Shown here: positions 35,160 to 42,005 of the stretch, piece by piece
Numbering within the stretch: position 1 is the first letter of the stretch
How the letters are laid out: every line of letters starts with the position of its first letter
From: Syntrophaceae bacterium
GTDB lineage: Bacteria > Desulfobacterota > Syntrophia > Syntrophales > PHBD01
DNA: 64,000 bases
Direction: 5' to 3'
Assembly (NCBI GenBank): GCA_013177825.1
Contig: JABLXX010000004.1
Span: forward strand, 101,990 to 165,989
The notes under the pieces: generated by a model
Database searches by the model: none
The model's input: only the letters and a program-made list of their open reading frames with translations
Told to the model about the DNA's origin: nothing
Position numbers and translations under genes: made by a program

Positions 35160-36318
35160 TCCCGCAGCGGCCCCGAAGCCCGGCATCTTCGTCTTCAACC
35201 CGAGCCGGCGCTGCGCCCCCGGCGCATACCTCTTTACCCAGGCGGTCCGCTTCTTCCTCCTGAACGGCCACCCCCTGGTGCGGGACGTCCGGGACGCCGG
35301 GATCATCCTCGTGAACTCCTGCTGCGTCACGGAGGGAAAGATCGGCACGTCCCTGGCGGCGCTCGAGACGGCCAGGAGTCACGGGAAGGGGAAGAGCGTG
35401 GTTCTCCTGGGCTGCCTGGCCGGCCTGCCGGACACCCCGTTCGATCCGGAGGGGGTGTTGTGCGTCGGGCCGAAGGACCTGGACCTTCTCGATACGCATT
35501 TTCCAAACCGGATCCCTGTCCGGGCGGCCGCGGCGAGCCGCCTGCCGCCGGAGTTCTTCCTGCCGGGACAGCACCTCGGTCCGCAGGACGCCTTCCTCTT
35601 CATCGGCCAGGGATGCGTGAACGCCTGTTCCTACTGCAACATCCGCCGCGCGAAGGGAGGCCTGTCGAGCGTGCCCGTGGAGTCGATCCTCTCCCGGGCC
35701 CGCAGCGGGCTCGAACGAGGCGTGCGGGAATTCGCCCTGCTGGCGGATGACTGCGCCAGCTACGGCCGGGACATCGGGAGCGACCTGGTCGATCTGATCG
35801 GGGGGCTCCTCGGGCTGGACGGCGGCTTGTCGCTCAAGCTGAGCTACGTGTTCCCATCCTTCGTGGAGGATCGCTTCGACGATCTGGCGCCGCTCTTTGC
35901 CACCGGGCGCATCCGCTACGCGAACATCCCGCTCCAGTCGGGCTCGCAGCGCATCCTGGACCTGATGAACCGGCGCTATCCCATCGGCCGGGTCGTGGAG
36001 CGCGTGCGACGGCTCCGGGAGATCGCGCCCCGGTCGCTCCTCTGTACCCATGTCCTCATCAATTTTCCCACGGAGACCCGGGAGGACTTCCGGGCGTCCC
36101 TGGCCCTGGCGGACGCCTTCCGCGACACGTACTTTCTCCACTATTCGGACAACCGGGGGACTCCCGCGGCCCGGCTGGAGCCGAAGGTCCCGCCGGAGGA
36201 GGCGCTGCGGCGGCTGGACGCCGCCTCGGACTTCGTGAACGCCCGGGGGCGGGGGGTGGTGATCCGGGATTTCGACTGCGATCTGCCCTATAACGTCAGC
36301 CGGGATCGGGGTGCCTGA
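35152..36318 (+). CDS. radical SAM protein, methylthiotransferase-like without TRAM domain, paralogue B
   Basis: ORF 35152..36318, 388 aa, with an 8-nt overlap on A. N-terminal Cys at 21, 57 and 88. Core GCVNACSYCNIRRAKGG. Shares LLADDCxSYG, ILDLMNRRY and FPTET with paralogue A. Confidence 0.75.
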   Translation: MPDPAAAPKPGIFVFNPSRRCAPGAYLFTQAVRFFLLNGHPLVRDVRDAGIILVNSCCVTEGKIGTSLAALETARSHGKGKSVVLLGCLAGLPDTPFDPEGVLCVGPKDLDLLDTHFPNRIPVRAAAASRLPPEFFLPGQHLGPQDAFLFIGQGCVNACSYCNIRRAKGGLSSVPVESILSRARSGLERGVREFALLADDCASYGRDIGSDLVDLIGGLLGLDGGLSLKLSYVFPSFVEDRFDDLAPLFATGRIRYANIPLQSGSQRILDLMNRRYPIGRVVERVRRLREIAPRSLLCTHVLINFPTETREDFRASLALADAFRDTYFLHYSDNRGTPAARLEPKVPPEEALRRLDAASDFVNARGRGVVIRDFDCDLPYNVSRDRGA

Positions 36319-37834
36319 CATGGCCCTGCCGCTCATCAAGGTCGTCCAACTCACCCTGACCAACCGGTGCCAGTTGAGCTGCCAACACTGCGGGGTGGCG
36401 GAGCTCAGAAACGTCATGCCCGGCGAGCTGACCCTGGAGCAGATCGACGATGTCTTCCGGGACCTCCGGCTGGCCGGCTGCCTGGTGGTGGATCTCTTCG
36501 GCGGCGAGCCGACGCTCAGGAAGGACCTGTTCGAGATCATCCGGCGCGGAAAGGCCTCCGGATTCATGATGTCCCTGGAGACGAACGGCTGGCTCCTGGA
36601 CGGGGCCTTCGTCCGGGAGCTGGAAGCGGCGGGCCTGAACCAGATCTACCTCAGCCTGGACGATTCCCGCCCGGAGGAGCATGACCGGCGGAGGGGAAGG
36701 GCGGGGAGCTTCGAGCGGGCCGTCCGGGCGTTGGAGCTGGGGGCGGCGACCTCCATGGCCGTGCATGTCTCCATCGTGCCGCAGACGGCCGAATTCTTCA
36801 CCGGCGGTGCCATGAACCGGTTCATGGCCTTCGTCCTGGCGAAGGGGGCCGAAAAGGTGCGGCTCCTCCTGCCCCGCTTTTCCGGCCGGTCGGCCCATCC
36901 AGACGGGACTCCCTTTGCGGCCCGCCGGGAGCGGGATCTCTTCGCCTGCATCGCCCCGGAGTACGCCCCCCACATTTACGTTCACACGCCGGGAACGCCG
37001 TTGGGAGAGACGAATAAGTGCACGGCCAAGAACATCTTCTGCCACATCATGAGCAACGGCTGGATCGCCCCCTGCCCGTACCTTCCCCTCGTCTTTGGCG
37101 ATGCGACCCGGGAATCAGTCGTAGAGGTGTTCGAGCGGATGCAGTCCCATCCGCTGGTTCGGCTGGGCGGCGACACCTGCCCGATGCGGAATCCCGACTA
37201 CATCGAGGAGCACATCCGGCCGATGGGCACGGGACGTCCCTTCTATCCCGTTGCCTCGAAAAACCAGGTGGATCTCGGCGCCCCCTGCCCGCCGGACTGC
37301 CGCGGCTGCGATGCCGCCGGAAGGCCGTCGCGCAGGCCCGCCGAGGCGGTGATCCGCGACCTTCAGGCCGTGGACCCGAACTACCGGAGCATCGAGTTCT
37401 ACGGCGGGGACGCGCTGCTCCGGGCCGATCTGATCGGCATCCTTGGCCGCGTTCCCCCGGGCATGGATATCCGCCTCTGGACCACGGGAAGCTGGCTGCC
37501 GGAGGATCCGGGGTTCCGGGAACAGTTACGTTCCTTTCCCGTCCGCGCCATCCGGGTGATGATGCCGCTTGGCGAGGCGGGGACACCGGGCGGCCTGGGA
37601 GACGCTCTCGGACGGATCCGGGCCGTGCAGGGGCTGGGCATCCCCATCCATCTGTACGCCCCGGCGGACGCCCCGGCGGAGGCGCACCGGATTGTGGCCG
37701 AAAACGCGGCCCGTCTGGGGGTGGAGCGGATCTATCTCTTCCGCCGGGATCCGGTGTCGCCCCTGTCGAACGCAGTCGCCTGTTTCGGCAGGGCCCTCGG
37801 CCGGGCAAGGCTTGCCTGGGCCGCCCGACCATAA
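36311..37834 (+). CDS. radical SAM protein with SPASM/twitch-like Cys cluster and a C-terminal second CxxxCxxC module
   Basis: ORF 36311..37834 (GTG 36311 overlaps B by 8 nt; alternative ATG 36320). CQLSCQHC plus GGEPTL. Auxiliary CTAKNIFCHIMSNGWIAPCPY...GDTCP. A second CPPDCRGC (nt 37286-37309) is followed by YGGDALL. Confidence 0.75.
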   Translation: MPDMALPLIKVVQLTLTNRCQLSCQHCGVAELRNVMPGELTLEQIDDVFRDLRLAGCLVVDLFGGEPTLRKDLFEIIRRGKASGFMMSLETNGWLLDGAFVRELEAAGLNQIYLSLDDSRPEEHDRRRGRAGSFERAVRALELGAATSMAVHVSIVPQTAEFFTGGAMNRFMAFVLAKGAEKVRLLLPRFSGRSAHPDGTPFAARRERDLFACIAPEYAPHIYVHTPGTPLGETNKCTAKNIFCHIMSNGWIAPCPYLPLVFGDATRESVVEVFERMQSHPLVRLGGDTCPMRNPDYIEEHIRPMGTGRPFYPVASKNQVDLGAPCPPDCRGCDAAGRPSRRPAEAVIRDLQAVDPNYRSIEFYGGDALLRADLIGILGRVPPGMDIRLWTTGSWLPEDPGFREQLRSFPVRAIRVMMPLGEAGTPGGLGDALGRIRAVQGLGIPIHLYAPADAPAEAHRIVAENAARLGVERIYLFRRDPVSPLSNAVACFGRALGRARLAWAARP

Positions 37835-37879
37835 AAAAAACAGGCCCGGTTCAATGCCTCTCCTGCAGGAGGAGGCGGA

Positions 37880-37975
37880 ATGGCGCGAATTCACGGGACG
37901 ATGCCCGATTATGCCGCAAGCCGGGGGAATTTTTCATTGTATTTTGGGAGATGGATAGGTATACGGCCATACTAA
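37880..37975 (+). CDS. candidate 31-codon micro-ORF (MARIHGTMPDYAASRGNFSLYFGRWIGIRPY) downstream of the radical-SAM trio
   Basis: Not on the ORF track (too short). ATG 37880 lies 4 nt after a strong AGGAGGAGG (37867-37875), stop TAA 37973-37975. Aromatic-rich, with locally low GC. Coding status is unproven. Confidence 0.3.
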   Translation: MARIHGTMPDYAASRGNFSLYFGRWIGIRPY

Positions 37976-38057
37976 TCGTCCAGGCACACCCGGTCTTCGC
38001 GGTGAGGAATCATCGGCGGAGACCGCAGGAATCCACGCGGGGAGGGAAGGTTCCGAA

Positions 38058-38234
38058 ATGCAGGAAATCTTGACGGCCGTCACCTACCTGTTGGTCTGGC
38101 TCCTCTGCGAGCGGGTCATCGGGATCGAGAGCGGACTGGTGAATCTGGTTGTCTCGCTGGGGGCGGCCGTGGGCGTTTACGTCTTCATCGCCGTCCGGGA
38201 CCACCGCAAGAAGAAAGAAAACGGAGAGCCCTAG
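38058..38234 (+). CDS. candidate 58-aa two-helix membrane micro-protein
   Basis: Not on the ORF track (<60 aa). ATG 38058 lies 7 nt after GGGGAGGGAAGG. MQEILTAVTYLLVWLLCERVIGIESGLVNLVVSLGAAVGVYVFIAVRDHRKKKENGEP has two hydrophobic helices and a basic tail. Codon usage matches the host. Confidence 0.45.
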   Translation: MQEILTAVTYLLVWLLCERVIGIESGLVNLVVSLGAAVGVYVFIAVRDHRKKKENGEP

Positions 38235-38334
38235 CGGACGCCGGTTTCGAATCCACGAAGACCAGTGCCGCCGCCGTCACCGCCGGTCTCATCCGCCGCT
38301 CGGCCGTTTCAGCGGCGAACGCAGGATGAAGGCC

Positions 38335-38363
38335 CGTCCCTGTGCCGGGACGCCGGATTTTTC
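38335..38363 (+). terminator. weak terminator-like hairpin with T5 run closing the plus-strand gene block
   Basis: CGTCCC tgtgcc GGGACG, then CCGGA TTTTT (T-run 38359-38363). The stem is short, so confidence is low. Confidence 0.35.
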
Positions 38364-38389
38364 CGCTGCCGCGGTTGCAGGCCCGTCCT

Positions 38390-39421
38390 TTATCCCCCCG
38401 TCACGAGTACCTTCGCTCCCCGGATTTTTCCTTCCTTCAGCTCCGACAGGGCGTGGTTCGCCTCCGCCAGCGGGTAGGCCTGCACCTCCGGCCGGATCGG
38501 GATCTCCGCCGCCATGGCCAGGAATTCCGCGATGTCCCGGCGGGCCACGTTGGCCGCGCTTTTGATCTCCTTCTCCATCCAGAGATGTTCGGGATACTGG
38601 AGGGCGAGGAGGACCTCCTTGTCGCCCTCCTCCTTGCGGATCGCGTTGATCACCAGGCGGCCCCCCGGTGCCAGGTTTTTCAAGGCCTCCACGACGGGCT
38701 TCCAGGCGGGGGTCGTGTCGATCACGGCGTCGAGCCGTTCCGGGGCCGTATCGGCCGTATCCCCCGCCCAGACGGCGCCCAGCTCCCGGGCGAAGGCCCG
38801 CTCCCGCTCGCTCCTCGCGAAGACGAAGACGGGGGTGTCGGGGTAGCGGTGCCGCACCAGCCGGAGAACCAGGTGGGCCGAGGCGCCGAATCCCGTGAGG
38901 CCGAGCCGTTGACCGTTCCGCAGGCCTGTCAGCCGGAGGGACCTCCAGCCGATGGCCCCGGCGCACAGGAGGGGAGCCGCCTCGACGTCGTTAAACGCCG
39001 GCGGCAGGGGATGGGCGAAAGCCTCCGGAACGGTTATGTATTCGGCGTACCCGCCATCGGTGTCCCGTCCCGTTGCCTCGAAGTCCGGGCAGAGATTCTC
39101 GTTTCCCTCCAGGCAGAATGGACAGCGGCCGCAGGCGCGGTAGATCCAGCCTACGCCGACCCGTTCTCCGACCGGAAACCGCTCCGCCCCGGATCCACGC
39201 CCGACGACGCGGCCCACCACCTGATGGCCGGGGATGACGGGGAAGCGGGGCGGTGGCGTCCGTCCCTCGATCTCGTCCAGCTCCGTGTGGCAGACACCGC
39301 AGGCGGAGACCCGGAGAAGGACCTCGCCTTCTCCCGGAACGGGCGTGGGAACCTCTGCAAACGCCAGGGGACTTCGATTTTCGGTGAAACGGGATATACC
39401 CTTCAGGAACATTGCCTTCAT
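38390..39421 (-). CDS. zinc-dependent alcohol dehydrogenase family (MDR) oxidoreductase
   Basis: ORF 38390..39430 (TTG); the first ATG at 39421 gives MKAMFLKG.... Zn motif ACGVCHTELDE, structural Zn Cys cluster CGRCPFCLEGNENLC, Rossmann LTGFGASAHL. Confidence 0.85.
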   Translation of the reverse strand: MKAMFLKGISRFTENRSPLAFAEVPTPVPGEGEVLLRVSACGVCHTELDEIEGRTPPPRFPVIPGHQVVGRVVGRGSGAERFPVGERVGVGWIYRACGRCPFCLEGNENLCPDFEATGRDTDGGYAEYITVPEAFAHPLPPAFNDVEAAPLLCAGAIGWRSLRLTGLRNGQRLGLTGFGASAHLVLRLVRHRYPDTPVFVFARSERERAFARELGAVWAGDTADTAPERLDAVIDTTPAWKPVVEALKNLAPGGRLVINAIRKEEGDKEVLLALQYPEHLWMEKEIKSAANVARRDIAEFLAMAAEIPIRPEVQAYPLAEANHALSELKEGKIRGAKVLVTGG

Positions 39422-39432
39422 GGGGAGCAACC

Positions 39433-40659
39433 CTACTTTCCCTTCTTCATGGCCAGCTTGAGGGCCGTGAGGAGACCCTTCTCCCGGATGGCCTTCGCGG
39501 CGATCCCCCCGGGGGTGATCTCGAAGAACTTCTCCCCGTAGCGGGCGAGCCTGTCCTCGTCCAGGACGATGCCGAGGCCCGGGGCCTCCGGCAGCGGAAC
39601 GGTGCCGTCGGCGGAGACCCGGATCGGTTCCGCCAGGATCCCGTCGCGGTACTCGGGGATCCAGGCGGGAGGTTCGTAAGGGTACTCGAGAGGGTGTTTC
39701 CGGGGGCCCGCGGCGTAAAGCTGGAGATTGACGAGGAAGCCGATGCCGTTCGTCCAGGTGTGAGGACTGAAGTCCAGGCCCTGGGCGGCGCAGGCGTCCA
39801 TGACCTTCTTCGAGTCGCCGATGCCGCCGCCCATGGTGGCGTCGGGCTGGTAGATGTCGAAGCTCCCCTTCTCCAGCATGATCTTGTACTCCTGCCAGCC
39901 GGCGTTTAGCTCCGCTCCGGCGATGGGAACGTCGGAGCGGCGGCGGAGCTCCGCCAGTTCATCCCAGGCGTACATGTCCAGGGGCTCCTCAAGCCAGGAG
40001 ACGCCCAGGTCTCTGCAGGCCCGGGCGAACTCGGTCGCCCGCTCGAGATCCCAGACCGGAGGCTTCTCGATGATCGTGACGGGCCATCCCTGGTTGGCGT
40101 CGACGCCGATCTCCATGGATTCTCCCACGGCCCGACGTACCGCCTCCACCTGGGCGACGTCCTCCGTGAGGGTGGCGCCGTGGACCCGGAGCTTCACCGT
40201 CCGGAATCCCATCTCCCGGAGGCGGAGCACCTCCTCGGTCCGCTGCGCCGGGGGGTGGACCTCGCCGGTGGAGGCGTAGACAGCGACAGGCCGGTTGTCC
40301 GTGCCGCCGAGAAGCGCCCAGGCGGGCTTTCTCTCCATCTTGCCCCGGATATCCCAGCAGGCCGCTTCGATCCAGTAGTTCCGCCAGCCCAGATAGCTGA
40401 TTTCACGGAGACGCCGGCGGACCAAGTCGATGTCCGTCGGGTCCAGGCCGATCAGATAGGGGCCGATGAGCCCGCCCAGGCCCTCCCGCTCCCGTTCGAA
40501 GGCCATGCCCGCCGCCAGGCCCTGGAGACCCCCGTCGGTGGTGAGGCGGATGAGGGTGAAGCGGTTCACCGTCTGGGGATAGCCGGGAATCCAGGACGGC
40601 CAGAACGGTTTGGGAAGGGGGACGGCGACGTGGAAAAGTTCGATGCGGTCGATTTTCAT
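39433..40659 (-). CDS. enolase-superfamily enzyme (mandelate racemase / muconate lactonizing enzyme family)
   Basis: ORF 39433..40659, 408 aa. MKIDRIELFHVAVPL, TVKLRV, metal ligand contexts GVDANQGW, LEEPL, IAGAE. Substrate unknown. Confidence 0.8.
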   Translation of the reverse strand: MKIDRIELFHVAVPLPKPFWPSWIPGYPQTVNRFTLIRLTTDGGLQGLAAGMAFEREREGLGGLIGPYLIGLDPTDIDLVRRRLREISYLGWRNYWIEAACWDIRGKMERKPAWALLGGTDNRPVAVYASTGEVHPPAQRTEEVLRLREMGFRTVKLRVHGATLTEDVAQVEAVRRAVGESMEIGVDANQGWPVTIIEKPPVWDLERATEFARACRDLGVSWLEEPLDMYAWDELAELRRRSDVPIAGAELNAGWQEYKIMLEKGSFDIYQPDATMGGGIGDSKKVMDACAAQGLDFSPHTWTNGIGFLVNLQLYAAGPRKHPLEYPYEPPAWIPEYRDGILAEPIRVSADGTVPLPEAPGLGIVLDEDRLARYGEKFFEITPGGIAAKAIREKGLLTALKLAMKKGK

Positions 40660-40753
40660 GGCAGCCTCCTTTTCTTCAGGAAAGAAAGCCCGTGATCCCG
40701 CCGTTCCGCGACCAGGCGGTCTTCGCCGCGGGCAGGGATCCGGGGCAAACCCG

Positions 40754-41659
40754 TCAGGCGAGGCGCCTGATCAGCCCCGCCAGTTCCTCCCGGTTGAATC
40801 GATAGGCGATCCGGCAGAAATGGCAGTTCACTTCCGCCTCTCCGGGATTGTCGAGGATCGCCTTGAGCTCGTCGGCCCCCAGGCTCAACAGGACCCGTTC
40901 GATCCGGCTGCGGCTGCAGGAGCACCGGAGGGTCAGGGGCTGGGTCTCCAGGATGCGGAACGGGATTTCGGAGAAGATGTCCCGGAGCAGGTCTTCCGGA
41001 GTCTTTCCTTCCTGGAGAAGCGCGGTTACGGGAAGCATCGCCTCCAGGCGGGAAGCGATGCGTTCCACCGACTCCGGATCCGGCGGGGGGAGTGACTGGA
41101 CCAGGAACCCCCCGGCGGCGGACACTCGGTCGTTGGATTCCACGTAAACGCCAAGGGCGATGGCGGAGGGGATCTGTTCCGATTCCAGGAGGTAATAGGC
41201 CAGGTCCTGAGCGATCTCCCCGGAACGGAGGCGAACGATGCCCTGGTAGGGTTCCTTCAGGCCGAGGTCTTTCAGGACCGTCAGGAAGCCGTTTTTCCCG
41301 AGCGCGCCGGACACGTCCAGCTTTCCATCCCGGTCCGGCACATCGGCCTCCGGGTTCTGGACATAGCCGCGGACGCTGCCGTCCCGTTCCGCCTCCACGA
41401 CGATCTTCCCCAGCGGGCCGTCGGCTTCGAACTTCAGGGCCAGTCCCTGGCCTTCCTTGAGAAGGGACGCCAGGAGCGCCCCGCCCGTGAGCGACCGGCC
41501 AAGAGCGGCGGCGGCCACGGGAGACGTCCCGTGACGGCGGGCGGACCGGGCGACAAGATCCGTGGTGACACAGGCCAGGGCCAGGACCCCGCCGTCGTCG
41601 GAGATGGCTCGGACGAGGTAATTTTCAGGGTGATGGTGTTTTTGAGGCGTTTCCGTCAT
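40754..41659 (-). CDS. hslO: redox-regulated chaperone Hsp33
   Basis: 3' part of ORF 40754..41761, ATG 41659. YLVRAISDDGGVLALACVTTDLV and the C-terminal zinc centre CSCSRSR...CHFC. Confidence 0.85.
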   Translation of the reverse strand: MTETPQKHHHPENYLVRAISDDGGVLALACVTTDLVARSARRHGTSPVAAAALGRSLTGGALLASLLKEGQGLALKFEADGPLGKIVVEAERDGSVRGYVQNPEADVPDRDGKLDVSGALGKNGFLTVLKDLGLKEPYQGIVRLRSGEIAQDLAYYLLESEQIPSAIALGVYVESNDRVSAAGGFLVQSLPPPDPESVERIASRLEAMLPVTALLQEGKTPEDLLRDIFSEIPFRILETQPLTLRCSCSRSRIERVLLSLGADELKAILDNPGEAEVNCHFCRIAYRFNREELAGLIRRLA

Positions 41660-42005
41660 GGTCCCTGCCGAGCGAACGGTGAGCGTTGAGGGCCTCTCCG
41701 GAGACCCCCGCGGGTGGTCGGCGCGCACTGGGGATGTAACAAAAAACCCTTTATGTTGCAAGTGGTTGTTCTTGTTCTGCGGGGTGTGTCATGGATTCCA
41801 TAGGGGGGTGAAATCGACTTGACAGGACGCCCTAATCGTGGTAGCGGCTCCACGGTCCAATCACGCCTCCCTCCAACGGGGGCGGTCGTAAGAGCGGTTT
41901 CATCGCAAGGTCCGCATATCTGCCCGATTCGCGTTCTGATCGATAATCCTGGGTGGAATGACGGGACGGACGAAAACATTCTGAGATATCCCGAGGTGGT
42001 GTCCA

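Noticed and set aside
38243-38254. GGTTTCGAATCC, resembling a tRNA T-loop, just after the 58-aa micro-ORF.
   Set aside because: The flanks cannot form a T-stem, an acceptor stem or the other arms, so this is not a tRNA or a convincing tRNA fragment.
37018-38966. Large ORFs covering the tail of the radical-SAM block and the Zn-ADH gene in other frames (37018..38073, 37047..37832, 38289..38966, 38342..39541).
   Set aside because: These are Arg/Pro/Gly-rich shadow frames. The region is better explained by the SPASM gene, two micro-ORFs and the Zn-ADH.
41660-42005. The 345-nt leader before the giant HdrA gene contains strings reminiscent of a tmRNA 5' end (GGGGGGTGAAATCGAC) and of TPP-riboswitch elements (CTGATCGATAATCC..., CTGAGA).
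   Set aside because: There is no tRNA-like 3' end or T-loop and no tag reading frame. The TPP-like elements are in the wrong order, with CTGAGA downstream instead of upstream. The functional context also does not fit. Treated as chance similarity.
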